From the IMG/VR virus record IMGVR_UViG_2922252024_000010: 64,000 bases of DNA; one strand, given 5' to 3'. The notes beneath the pieces are model-generated. The model had not been told where the DNA came from. It did not search any database and was given only the letters and a program-made list of their open reading frames with translations. Source of the DNA: an uncultured virus (IMG/VR IMGVR_UViG_2922252024_000010). Taxonomy: Duplodnaviria > Heunggongvirae > Uroviricota > Caudoviricetes. This document shows positions 28,736 through 37,990 of this stretch, one piece after another (position 1 is the first letter of the stretch; each line of letters opens with the position of its first letter). The position numbers and the translations under genes were made by a program.

Positions 28736-29425
28736 TCACATTTCTGCCACTTTGAGGGCTTCTTCTTCCTCATAGTATTCAAGAGCCATGGCCAACGCTG
28801 ATTCATCAAGCTGCATAAAAGCGGCCTTTAACCCAGCCCAGTGCCCTGAATAGACACGCAACCATGTCGAACGGTCAACGCTAACCATGCGGGCCAGTGC
28901 CGCACCAGCGTAGTCTTTATAGGTTTCATTGTTTCGGGTTGCGGCAATTTCCTGCCCTGCCAGCCATACCAGGCCTATCAGTTTCTTTACTACGCGCTCC
29001 TGAAGCGAGTTTTCACCCAGGCATTTCTGATAAGTCTTCCAGACGTATTCACACATCATCACCTGGTGCTTATAGCTAAGGTCAAAACCGTAGCAGTACC
29101 GCAACCAGGCCTGCTGGTATCCACTAAGCGCGGACACTGCCCTACGCCACGGCGCGGACTCAAATTCCGCATCTTTTATCGGCGGCATTGGCCTGCGGCG
29201 GCTGCGTGTTTCCAGCACATACAGTGGCGCGGAAAGCGAGTTAACAAAGCGTGGCCCCTTCTCTCCTTCGAGTTCGACGAGATGAATTCCACGGCGCGGG
29301 GTGGCATTTTTGTCTGCTGGTGGGTGTTCACTGAAAGCCTCAAGCTGCCCTTTTGTTCCCCCAGAGAGGTCAGGTAGCGCGCGGCGCAATTCTATTCTTA
29401 CAAAATTCAGGTCTTGTTGATTCAT
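28736..29425 (-). CDS. Late antitermination protein Q
   Basis: TKGQLE, ETRSRRRP and C-terminal HTH; precedes pR'/tR'. Confidence 0.85.
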   Translation of the reverse strand: MNQQDLNFVRIELRRALPDLSGGTKGQLEAFSEHPPADKNATPRRGIHLVELEGEKGPRFVNSLSAPLYVLETRSRRRPMPPIKDAEFESAPWRRAVSALSGYQQAWLRYCYGFDLSYKHQVMMCEYVWKTYQKCLGENSLQERVVKKLIGLVWLAGQEIAATRNNETYKDYAGAALARMVSVDRSTWLRVYSGHWAGLKAAFMQLDESALAMALEYYEEEEALKVAEM

Positions 29426-29446
29426 GCTTCTTTGCGCTCCATACAC

Positions 29447-30502
29447 TTAAGCTTTCGCAATTACGCCGATCGCCAGCGCCCGATCAATAAAACGCAGTAG
29501 CAGCTCAAGCTGCGTACCATGCTTCTGCTCGAATGCCGGTACATCGGCGTGTAACTCGTCGTGGCACTCTCTGCACAGAGGGATCACGAAGAGGTCATGG
29601 GCTTTTGTTGCTGTCCCCCCCATACCGTGCCCTACGATATGGTGCGGATCATCTGCTGGCCGTCGGCAACACTCACAGGGTTGTGTTTTAACCCAGCGGG
29701 TGTACGTCTCATTTATCCAGCGGCGACGTTTTGGCCTGAGCATGAAAGACTCCGGAGACTCCGGATCGACGGTTAACGTCAGTATTGGCTTTTGGGTTTC
29801 CACATCCAGGCTGTCTGATCGACGAGCTGGTAACGTTTCAATCGGCCTGACTTTTTCCTGCATAATGCTGGTGGCCGGCGGCATAGGTACGATGTCACTT
29901 TCCCGGTAAACAGATAATAATGGTTCGTCTGGCAACCGTAGTGCCCGTTGCGCCATTCCTTCAGTGACGGCATCAGCGACACCTGACTGAACAGCCCACC
30001 AGCAAAGCTCGGCTAAAGAGAGGGAGCGCTCTTTGTTGTAGCCAAGCCCAACCAGTACGGTATCAATAACCCACTCGGCAACATTGCTCAGGGCAAGCGC
30101 CTGCAGCCTCTCCGTAGTCTGCCCACGCAATTTGTTATCGCAATGCCAGCACACCACCAGCGCGCCAGGCGGATGCCATAGTGTTGTGAGCTCGGCATGA
30201 TGGTAGTCAGAAACAGGGTACTGGCACTTTTTAACGCGCTGACGAAGCCAGTACTCAAGCCCGGACATACCACCAGCAGCAGTAATGACCCGTTCATCGG
30301 TAAAGAAAGTGTGAAGGCTGGCATCATCCAGTAGCGGTTGCTGTGCATCGGGGATCCGACCAGACGGAAGCCGGGCCATGTTTTCTGGCTCCCGTTCAAC
30401 CAGCACGCGACCTGATGCAAACAGGGGCATTAACTCCCGTCCTGGCTTGAACAGCACCACGCCAAGGCGTGGCACCATTTCAGGGGTAAGTAAGGCTCTC
30501 AA
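29447..30502 (-). CDS. DUF968/YdfU-family protein (HNH-like C-terminus)
   Basis: MRALLTPE, CWHCD, CECC...DDPHH, PLCRECH. Confidence 0.88.
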   Translation of the reverse strand: MRALLTPEMVPRLGVVLFKPGRELMPLFASGRVLVEREPENMARLPSGRIPDAQQPLLDDASLHTFFTDERVITAAGGMSGLEYWLRQRVKKCQYPVSDYHHAELTTLWHPPGALVVCWHCDNKLRGQTTERLQALALSNVAEWVIDTVLVGLGYNKERSLSLAELCWWAVQSGVADAVTEGMAQRALRLPDEPLLSVYRESDIVPMPPATSIMQEKVRPIETLPARRSDSLDVETQKPILTLTVDPESPESFMLRPKRRRWINETYTRWVKTQPCECCRRPADDPHHIVGHGMGGTATKAHDLFVIPLCRECHDELHADVPAFEQKHGTQLELLLRFIDRALAIGVIAKA

Positions 30503-30512
30503 TGCCCACCCC

Positions 30513-31034
30513 TTATACCGTCAGATCTTTAAATTTCTGTACGGCCTTCCCCATGTCCGCCATAGCATCCACAAACTCATCAAACTTACGGCTTGCCATT
30601 CCATAAGCCTGGAGGATTTCAAGCTTCAGAGGATCGAGTTGCTTTTTTATTTCAGCGCGGTCACCTGCCTTTTTTTCAGCTTCTTCAGCGGCACGAATGA
30701 GGGCTTCAGCCTGCTTGCGTAATTCTTCAGGGGTCACGGTTGGCTTATTCATAGTGGCTTCCTTCAATGTCTTCGACGACGCAATAACCGGCGCCACGGA
30801 TTTATGACCAAACTTAGGGTGATGCAGGGTTGTTGTCCTGCCGTCATCAGTAATGCAGAGCAGGCTGTTTTCGCGGATGATATCGATCAGGTTTTCTTTA
30901 TCCTTCCGGCTCAACGAGCTATATGCTGATACTTTGTGCGTCAGATGGGTGAGCGTTGCCCCATCAGGTTGTTTTTCAACAAACCGTTTAACCCTGGACA
31001 ATACAGGCTGAAGGTGCGGAGGGGTCACTCTCAC
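30513..31034 (-). CDS. Hypothetical phage protein
   Basis: Coupled ORF within the operon; coiled-coil C-terminus. Confidence 0.7.
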   Translation of the reverse strand: MRVTPPHLQPVLSRVKRFVEKQPDGATLTHLTHKVSAYSSLSRKDKENLIDIIRENSLLCITDDGRTTTLHHPKFGHKSVAPVIASSKTLKEATMNKPTVTPEELRKQAEALIRAAEEAEKKAGDRAEIKKQLDPLKLEILQAYGMASRKFDEFVDAMADMGKAVQKFKDLTV

Positions 31035-31852
31035 TGGAGACCCCCTGCTAAATCTTTATCGTGGGTAAAACTACCGTTCCAGGTGACCTTCATCGGAAGC
31101 TTCCCCTTCAGGTAGTTTTTGTACAGCCAGACAGCGCCTTCACGCAGCAGGACGGGCTGGTAGGTAGTAAAGCTCACCGCAGAGTTTGGCGATACTTTAC
31201 TGCTTTTCTCGGTGAGGTATTTGTCGCGGGCATACGAACGAACACGCCACTGTGCACTGCGGCCTTCGGGATTGTCGTCGTACAGCCAGTTAGCAGAGAC
31301 AAGCCAGGCACTGATCTTGGAGGTATTCACACCATTCAAACGCTTACAGAACTGTACAGGGGAAAGCCCGTCAGTGAAGAGACTCTCGAGATGCTCGATA
31401 TATTCGGCCTGCTGGTGGGTAACTGTTTCCGCGCGCTGCCTGGCTTCAAATTCATCAGCCCATGCTCTCGCAGCCTGTGCCGGATCAGAGAAATTTGGTA
31501 ATGATGGTGTACCAACTCGCATTTTCGCTTGTTGTTCGCATGTGATGAAATAACGACGAACCTGACGACCCTTCTCGTTTCTCTCCACCATCGCCAGTTC
31601 TTTACCCATATCAATGGTGATCAGGTAATCAACGGTTGGGCGTCCACCGAGGGGGTTCTCGCCAGAATTGGCGTAAACCACATAATCAGTATTTTCAGCA
31701 AAACCATACTGACTGATACGCCCTTTAATCCAGTTGGTGAAATCACGCCCAACGCCGAGAAAGGCATGTAACCTTTTAGCGCTGACCATCGGGGTTATGT
31801 GGTTGCCAATATTGCCCTGAGTGATCGGGATGATCTGATGTAGCTGACTCAT
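31031..31852 (-). CDS. AntA/AntB-type antirepressor
   Basis: VSAKRLHAFLGVGRDFTNWIK, MGKELAMVE, LPNFSDPAQAARAWA. Confidence 0.87.
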   Translation of the reverse strand: MSQLHQIIPITQGNIGNHITPMVSAKRLHAFLGVGRDFTNWIKGRISQYGFAENTDYVVYANSGENPLGGRPTVDYLITIDMGKELAMVERNEKGRQVRRYFITCEQQAKMRVGTPSLPNFSDPAQAARAWADEFEARQRAETVTHQQAEYIEHLESLFTDGLSPVQFCKRLNGVNTSKISAWLVSANWLYDDNPEGRSAQWRVRSYARDKYLTEKSSKVSPNSAVSFTTYQPVLLREGAVWLYKNYLKGKLPMKVTWNGSFTHDKDLAGGLQ

Positions 31853-32220
31853 TTTGCCTCCCCGTTGCGCAGATCGCTGATAAAAGGGAGATTGCTCAGA
31901 ACGCGAACATAAAAGTCAGGGCTCAACCAGAGGGCATAGGCAAAAACCAACTCCTGAGAGGCGAAAGTACCCTGTAAGACTCCACCGCGAATAACATGCA
32001 ACTTTTCCCAACGTTCACCAGGGAGAGCATTTAGAATTCTTTTTGCAGTTAGCGTCCTGAGATAAAACGCAGGTTTTTTGGACGCAGACCCACCTGAAGC
32101 CTTATGAATATCATTGAGACTATAAAGATTTGGTTCGAATGAGTTGATTAAACATCCATCAACAACAAGATAAGAGTCTTTTTTGGGCGTAGCAGTGCCC
32201 ATAACATGATGATTGCTCAT
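31849..32220 (-). CDS. KilA-N domain protein
   Basis: YSLNDIHKASG...QGTF...YALWLSPDFYVRV. Confidence 0.82.
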   Translation of the reverse strand: MSNHHVMGTATPKKDSYLVVDGCLINSFEPNLYSLNDIHKASGGSASKKPAFYLRTLTAKRILNALPGERWEKLHVIRGGVLQGTFASQELVFAYALWLSPDFYVRVLSNLPFISDLRNGEAK

Positions 32221-32306
32221 ATTCTCTCCATACTCTGATTGTTGCGAAGGGCCTGCACGCCCTTTTCGCTTGCACTTTCCGACATTACTGCCATAACGAC
32301 CAATAT

Positions 32307-32705
32307 TCAACCCACAGCTGGACATATAACCACCTCTTTTTTATATGCCGTTATGGTTATCTCAACTTTTCCCTTCGGTACTATCGGTCCCCATTCCACC
32401 AGCATGCGCTTAATCTGGCTGTCGTCTTCCCAGACACCCGCATGCGTCAGCGCGTCAAACAGGGCTTTGTTGTAATTATCGATATCCCGACGGCGCGCAT
32501 CCGGCGGGTACAGAGTGATTTCAACCGCTGCCAGTTCAGTCGATGGCTTCGGGAGACGTCGTAATTGCTCAATGATCGCCACGCAGGCAGCGCTCTGGTA
32601 TTTACGGCCATCAGCGCTAATGAGGTGACGACCGGCCAGCGGCCCCTTATTAGGGGCGCGCCAGTACGTGTTCACGCTTGGAGGGAACGGGAGCACAAGT
32701 TTCAT
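32307..32705 (-). CDS. rusA: RusA Holliday junction resolvase
   Basis: LPFPPSVNTYW, RRDIDN, DDSQI. Confidence 0.93.
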   Translation of the reverse strand: MKLVLPFPPSVNTYWRAPNKGPLAGRHLISADGRKYQSAACVAIIEQLRRLPKPSTELAAVEITLYPPDARRRDIDNYNKALFDALTHAGVWEDDSQIKRMLVEWGPIVPKGKVEITITAYKKEVVICPAVG

Positions 32706-34699
32706 GCCACCTCCTGCTGTTGCACTGCACACAGTTCCGGAAGATTTGCCTCCACCAGCGCCCTGGCGAATGGTGGTGGTACCGCATTACCGCAGCGGGC
32801 TACCTGCTTATCTTTTGCATAGCGATTTCCACGGTAGTCCTGATCAATAACGTATCCATCCGGGAAGCCCTGCGCTTTGTAGAGTTCATGCGGCTGCAAC
32901 ATGCGCATTCCGATATCAACGATCTGGTATTTAACCCCATCGATCGTTACCAGCCATTCATCGTCACTTTCCCCGCAATACGTCTCGAGAAATGTGCGCA
33001 CCTCACCCACGTGTTGGCCACCAGCGGTGATTGTTGGCATGGGCACATCAAGGCGTTGCCCGTCGCGGCATGTTCCACGCAGTTTCACCAGATGAGAGGC
33101 AACTACCGCATGATGGTCGACAGTGGTCACTGAATGCGCGGGTTCATCCATACTGACACCCGGCCCCGTATAGTTACCGCCGTAGTGTTTCGCCAGGAAC
33201 GCGCTCACCGTCGCAAATTTATTTCCGCCTGCAGTAACGGTCCCCAGCGGGTTATCCAGTCGCAGCACACGCGGTTCTTGTCCAGGTCGTTCGCCATAAC
33301 CCATCTGAATCAGCGTAGGCGTTACCAGTTGAGATTTACCGCCACCACCAGCGGTGATGGTTGCGCTCGGTTCGTCTGCACGGTGGCCGACGCTGGCCCC
33401 AAACTGGCGGGCTATCACTGGCGCAACAAGACAGGCGCGGGATTGCTTCAGAATGGTATGAGCAGGTTTATCCAGCGGGCGCGGTTTAGCCTGGTATTCA
33501 CTACCACCATTACCCGCCAGAAATGGTGTCAGTGCAGCCTCAACAATCCCGAGAGCATGCCCATTCCCACCTGGACGTTTTGATGTGCCAGCGGTTACCG
33601 TCGGGACAGGTTCGGTAACGGGCTGCCCGGTTGCGCCAGTGCGGAATTTTGTCAGATGTGGAACAGCTAACGCGTAACCGTGGGTTTTAGTAATAGTTTG
33701 CAAAGGCTCGTCCAGCTTCTGACCACGGAAACAGTCGTATTTCCCTTTGGTCGTCGTGTGGTTGCACTTAACGATGAACGGCGACGCGCTCTCGATCACA
33801 AACCGCTGGATACCACGAGCGATGCGTTTGAGCGTATTTTCAGCCAATGGTTTTTTGCGGTCGAAGATGGACAGGGCCGGAACATTCCAGTCGATACATT
33901 CCGCAGCGGTACGCCATGGCATCAGCCTGCCGCTCTGCACCTCCAGAGACTTAGGATCCCCATGGGTAACAGCAGGCCACTGAATAGGGAAACCATCGCA
34001 GCGCATAACCATGAAGAAACGTTTGCGGATCGTCGGTGCTCCGTAATCACACGCGCGCAGTTCGCGATAATCAACATCATATCCAAGCCCATCCACCAGC
34101 TGTTGCGCCTGCTCGCTACCTCTTTCAATAGACAGAAACTCACAAACCTCTGACAGTGCCGGGTGGTCAGCAGGAATACCAGTGGACAGCATGCCGACAA
34201 ATGCATTGAATGTTTCTCCAGTGCGGGCAGGGTCTGGGCGACTATTTCCAGGGTAAACCGGGCCAATAAAATCCGCCATAAGGGCTTCCGGCAAATCAGG
34301 TTTAGGCGGGATGTCAATTAACGGTCCCCACGTTTTGAACTCTTCCACGTTCTCCAGCATCATCACGCGCGGTCGCTTAGCCAGTGCCCAACGCAGAACA
34401 ATCCAGGCCAGACCGCGTATCTCTTTTTTGACAGGCTTTGCGCCTTTGGCCTTTGAGAAATGTCGGCAGTCCGGGCTAAACCATGCCAGGCCAACAGGAT
34501 TACCGCCGGTGGCGGCTACCGGATCCACGTCAAATACGGATTCACAGTAATGCAGTGTGTCAGGGTGGTTCGTCTTGTGCATCGCAATGGCGTTTTCGTC
34601 GTGGTTGATCGCAATATCCACGCTGCGCCCGATCGCCAGTTCAATACCCGTTGATGCGCCACCGCCACCAGCAAAGTTATCAACGATAATTTCACGCAT
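32702..34699 (-). CDS. DNA cytosine-5 methyltransferase with expanded variable region
   Basis: FAGGGG (motif I), SPDC (IV), ENV (VI), RKRF (VIII), GNAV (X). Confidence 0.92.
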   Translation of the reverse strand: MREIIVDNFAGGGGASTGIELAIGRSVDIAINHDENAIAMHKTNHPDTLHYCESVFDVDPVAATGGNPVGLAWFSPDCRHFSKAKGAKPVKKEIRGLAWIVLRWALAKRPRVMMLENVEEFKTWGPLIDIPPKPDLPEALMADFIGPVYPGNSRPDPARTGETFNAFVGMLSTGIPADHPALSEVCEFLSIERGSEQAQQLVDGLGYDVDYRELRACDYGAPTIRKRFFMVMRCDGFPIQWPAVTHGDPKSLEVQSGRLMPWRTAAECIDWNVPALSIFDRKKPLAENTLKRIARGIQRFVIESASPFIVKCNHTTTKGKYDCFRGQKLDEPLQTITKTHGYALAVPHLTKFRTGATGQPVTEPVPTVTAGTSKRPGGNGHALGIVEAALTPFLAGNGGSEYQAKPRPLDKPAHTILKQSRACLVAPVIARQFGASVGHRADEPSATITAGGGGKSQLVTPTLIQMGYGERPGQEPRVLRLDNPLGTVTAGGNKFATVSAFLAKHYGGNYTGPGVSMDEPAHSVTTVDHHAVVASHLVKLRGTCRDGQRLDVPMPTITAGGQHVGEVRTFLETYCGESDDEWLVTIDGVKYQIVDIGMRMLQPHELYKAQGFPDGYVIDQDYRGNRYAKDKQVARCGNAVPPPFARALVEANLPELCAVQQQEVA

Positions 34700-35591
34700 T
34701 GATGGCCCCCTGCATGCTGCTGACCAGTCCACCAGCAGTAGTAATGATTTCGCTGGTTGGCATACGCTCAAGCCACAGCTGGTTAATGTTCGCTTTCAGC
34801 TTGTTCTGCTGCGATGCGTCCAGAGAATTCGCCCCCTCAACCTGGTTGAACACCAGACCAACCTCAAGCGGCCAGATACGCGAATCCACATCAGGTAATA
34901 CTGCTGGCACTACAATGGGTTCTTCTTGCTCTGGCACCGTGGTGGCTGGTGGCTGAACCTTTCCCGCGGCAAATTCGACCAGTGACATAAACGCCTTCCC
35001 TTTTTCCTCCAGATCGGTACGGCTGATGTAGCTGAAACGCTCGCCGCGCCAGGTCTTGTCGAACAAAGCGATTGCACCAGCAAAGAAAGCACCTGTGGGT
35101 TTCTGCTTATCGTCGGCAGGAACAAACCACACAGGGAGATCGAAGCCAATACGACCGCGAATAAACATGATGTGATCGGCGTCTTCCGGCCACCATGTTT
35201 CACTTGTCGCCGCTTTAATGAGGAACACGTAACGCCCACCCTTTTCACGCATCTCCATTGTGTGATCCATGATGTGGGTCATGCCGGTGATCGCCTGCTT
35301 CTCGTGGTACTGAGAGCGGCTATAGGGTGGATTACCGAATGCGGCCCCGCCGATTGATTCCAGCATTTCCGCCCAATCTTGTACCAGCGCGTTATCTTCG
35401 GCGGTGTACCACACAGGGCACTTAGCGTTATCGTCATCAGCAAAGAGATCCAGCGTCAGCGGGCCGAACATCGCATTAATGCCCCAAAAAAGCAGGTCCG
35501 GTGTCCGCCACTGATCGCCAACTTCTTTCAATTCGTGGGCTGGTTGGCTACGTAGTGCCACCAGCGCCTGGCAATATTTGTTTAACGTCAT
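34692..35591 (-). CDS. Phage N6-adenine DNA methyltransferase (phage Dam family)
   Basis: DQWRTP, LDLFA, NPPYS, GRIGF. Confidence 0.9.
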   Translation of the reverse strand: MTLNKYCQALVALRSQPAHELKEVGDQWRTPDLLFWGINAMFGPLTLDLFADDDNAKCPVWYTAEDNALVQDWAEMLESIGGAAFGNPPYSRSQYHEKQAITGMTHIMDHTMEMREKGGRYVFLIKAATSETWWPEDADHIMFIRGRIGFDLPVWFVPADDKQKPTGAFFAGAIALFDKTWRGERFSYISRTDLEEKGKAFMSLVEFAAGKVQPPATTVPEQEEPIVVPAVLPDVDSRIWPLEVGLVFNQVEGANSLDASQQNKLKANINQLWLERMPTSEIITTAGGLVSSMQGAINA

Positions 35592-36445
35592 CCTCTGAAC
35601 CCCTCTGGAATCGTTGTTTCAACCGGACCAAAAGCCATCACATCGCGCTTTTTCGCTCCCCAGTCAGCACGTTTAGGCCGTCCCTTCTGCTCCCAGCGGG
35701 TAGCGCTTTGCAGATAGCTCTCGAATTTCTTCGGGCCGAACAGCGTTTCCGGGCGCATGTACTGGTACTGCTCGTCGTTCTCGTGCCAGTGCTCATGCTT
35801 CAGGTCGATAACAAGTTGCAGGTCTGCAACGCTGTATCCCTCACGCAGTCGGGCACGGATGTTCTCCAGGGATGTTTTTGATTTCTGATACCGGGATCCG
35901 CTGGTCTGGTTCAAATGGGTCAGAACCAGAATCGCCTGGTCAGTAATCACGACTTCAGGGTCTGGTTGCGCCGCAACCGGACAAGAGGGTTTTGAAGTTA
36001 CTTGTGGATCTTGTTTTGATTTTACTGACGGATCCCCGCCAGATTCTGACGGGTCAAAACCGCCGTTTTTGACGGATTTCGACGGGTCAGTTTTTGAGGC
36101 GTCAAATTTTGATGCGTCAGATTTTGACGTGTCAGAATCTGACAGTTGAGAAAATGCGGCAGCCTGAAGTTTCGCCACATTCAGGCGGTACACGTTCGAA
36201 GCATTACGGTTACCATTACGGCGCTGTGTACGCGTGAGCCAGCCATCTTTTTCAAGCTTTGCGATTGCCGTTCTGATAGTGCTCGGCCCTGCGCCAAGCT
36301 GGCGAGCAATAGTTTCAATGGACGGCCAGCACACGCCCTCATCGCTGCTGAAATCAGCGAGGCGAGCCATGATCGCGACACTAGACAACTTCATGCCCGA
36401 CGCCGCGCAACCATCCCATACGTAGCCGGTTAATTTAGTGCTCAT
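35588..36445 (-). CDS. Phage replication initiator protein
   Basis: HTH CWPSIETIA, low-complexity S/D/K linker (likely ori iterons), YMRPETLF C-terminal domain. Confidence 0.87.
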   Translation of the reverse strand: MSTKLTGYVWDGCAASGMKLSSVAIMARLADFSSDEGVCWPSIETIARQLGAGPSTIRTAIAKLEKDGWLTRTQRRNGNRNASNVYRLNVAKLQAAAFSQLSDSDTSKSDASKFDASKTDPSKSVKNGGFDPSESGGDPSVKSKQDPQVTSKPSCPVAAQPDPEVVITDQAILVLTHLNQTSGSRYQKSKTSLENIRARLREGYSVADLQLVIDLKHEHWHENDEQYQYMRPETLFGPKKFESYLQSATRWEQKGRPKRADWGAKKRDVMAFGPVETTIPEGFRG

Positions 36446-36614
36446 GATCGTCCGTTATCTCCCTGAACTTTTGCCTGAAATGCTCAAGTGGGCTGAAGCA
36501 TTCGTGCGGGTAGCCATCACGCAGATAGATAACGCGCTGTGTTTCTGGCTCCCAGCGGATAACACGGACTGGCACTCCGCGGTGGTCTTTGAACCTTCGG
36601 TTAAGTTCGCGCAC
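36435..36614 (-). CDS. DUF4222-like small protein (59 aa; absent from ORF track)
   Basis: Hand translation: VRELNRRFKDHRGVPVRVIRWEPETQRVIYLRDGYPHECFSPLEHFRQKF...; overlaps the rep start. Confidence 0.75.
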   Translation of the reverse strand: MRELNRRFKDHRGVPVRVIRWEPETQRVIYLRDGYPHECFSPLEHFRQKFREITDDHEH

Positions 36615-36781
36615 AGGCGTTTTGCCCTCCGGTTGTAGACCCCCACAATTGAAACCGCCCTACTGTGGTTACACGGAACCCAGCGGTTTGATAATCTGCG
36701 TTCATACCGAAACAACGGAGTACCCGAAACCGGGATCATCCTGAGTTGCGGTAGACGGTTAAAAGCCGTTAAACTGCTCAT
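36455..36781 (-). CDS. Hypothetical protein
   Basis: Good GGAG RBS before ATG 36781, but overlaps the DUF4222-like ORF extensively. Confidence 0.4.
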   Translation of the reverse strand: MSSLTAFNRLPQLRMIPVSGTPLFRYERRLSNRWVPCNHSRAVSIVGVYNRRAKRLCANLTEGSKTTAECQSVLSAGSQKHSALSICVMATRTNASAHLSISGKSSGR

Positions 36782-36786
36782 GCGGA

Positions 36787-37047
36787 TTATTTCTCCATAC
36801 TCGAAGAGTTGTTCGCCAAGGCGCCCGGAGCTGCACACTCGCGGGCGTCACTCTTTTCAGCGACACAAAAAACTCGATAAAGCAGCGTGACGTGCTCCTG
36901 AAACTTCGCGATCACCTGATAGCTGTTCTCTTCAATCTGAGCGCGCTCATCTGCGTCAATAACCCCATCAGCAGTAGCTTTACGCACAAAGTTAGAATGA
37001 CGGCCAATCCATTCAATGGACTCCATCAGGCGCTGGTTGATATCGGC
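36787..37047 (-). pseudogene. 3' half of a YmfL-family regulator gene, interrupted by the Mu-like prophage
   Basis: ADINQRL...DGVI...KSDARECAAPG; recognisable similarity ends abruptly at 37047. Confidence 0.85.
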
Positions 37048-37258
37048 TGATGACTGACAGTGATGTATGGATCAAACGGAGCACCCGGAAACAACCGGGA
37101 ATTCGAGGGAATAAGCGGAAGGAAGCCTTACATGATGCGGCTTAGCACGGTCTAAGATTCAATAGCTGTTAAAAAATTCAAACCTCATGTATTTTTGGAT
37201 CATTCGCCAAGGAGGTTTGAACCTGACAGATAGATTTAGATCGTTGCAGAGATAATTT

Positions 37259-37286
37259 AAAAATGGTTTTACGGAGTTTAAAACCA
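37259..37286 (-). terminator. Probable terminator for the repressor gene
   Basis: TGGTTTTA-7 nt-TAAAACCA followed by T5 on the - strand; AU-rich stem. Confidence 0.45.
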
Positions 37287-37331
37287 ACTTATACAACCAT
37301 GAAGGAGCAGAGATAAAGCCAGCCAAATCGA

Positions 37332-37790
37332 TCAGCCAGCTTTGTTTTGCGTGCTCAGGTTCGGCGCGGACTCCACTTGCTCATATGAATTACATTGTTC
37401 TGAAATCTCTTTGCTGTCGTCAGAATTTAAAATCTCTGGCAGCAAAGCTTGAATGCCACGATTTTTGAAAAGTTCGATGCAGTCTTTTTGTTGACGGGGT
37501 GTCAGAAGTTTAAAAATCATTATCCAAAACTCAAGTAAATCAGAGCGATAGGGTTCATCGCTTACATTCTCAGAATCAACTTCCTGCCTGTTATCAAAAA
37601 CACATCTAGCATGGGTAGGAAGAATTTTTATACTGTACTCAAATGCTTTTGTGCCGGCCTTCTTCCTCTTACTTCCCTCTATACCACAGGCCAAATCTTC
37701 CAGTCTTTTTCGCACAGCAGGAGCTGTATTTGGAAAACCCGGAATCCCCATACACTCCTGGACAGTCACCCATTCTTTAGACATAACCAC
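37332..37790 (-). CDS. Mu-like immunity repressor c
   Basis: Mu-type HTH shared with the transposase N-terminus (K.AGTKAFEY.I..LP); divergent from ner. Confidence 0.88.
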   Translation of the reverse strand: MVMSKEWVTVQECMGIPGFPNTAPAVRKRLEDLACGIEGSKRKKAGTKAFEYSIKILPTHARCVFDNRQEVDSENVSDEPYRSDLLEFWIMIFKLLTPRQQKDCIELFKNRGIQALLPEILNSDDSKEISEQCNSYEQVESAPNLSTQNKAG

Positions 37791-37792
37791 CC

Positions 37793-37990
37793 CTTTCTTT
37801 TGTGCGCAACAAAAAGAAATATAATTTCTATAAGCTTTCTTTTTGATTTTGCGTTAATTATCAACAAGTTAAATCAAATTCATACTTTAATATAAGACGC
37901 AAAAAGAAAGCGGCTTACTTTACAGGCTTTCTTTTGTGTGCCATTCTCTTACACGTAGCGTTTAATCATCCGGTTAAACGGAGTGTGTAA
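37793..37990. promoter_or_regulatory. Operator/enhancer region with IHF site, early promoter Pe and putative Ner operator
   Basis: Five TTTCTTTT(T)G copies; TATCAA-CAAG-TTA (37859-37871); TTTACA-17-CATTCT (37919-37947); nested inverted repeats at 37949-37990. Confidence 0.75.

Larger units (their letters stand above)
1540..37047 (-). mobile_element. dusA-integrated lambdoid prophage, left portion (att boundary approximate; remainder lies beyond the Mu-like insertion)
   Basis: Integrase divergent from dusA, then contiguous tail, head, cos, lysis, Q and replication modules, almost all on the - strand. Confidence 0.92.

Noticed and set aside
36030..36150. Repeated TGACG/GACGG units in the replication gene
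   Set aside because: Consistent with ordinary ori iterons inside lambdoid initiator genes.
37064..37073. TGTATGGATC resembles Mu's own left terminus, an alternative end
   Set aside because: Bases 37048-37063 do not continue the YmfL-like sequence (they give HCQSS), so the junction fits 37048 better.
37048..37331. Read-through from the Mu-like repressor promoter driving the orphaned lambdoid replication/methylase operon
   Set aside because: Orientation allows it, but a hairpin with T5 at 37259-37286 probably terminates the transcript; no supporting evidence.
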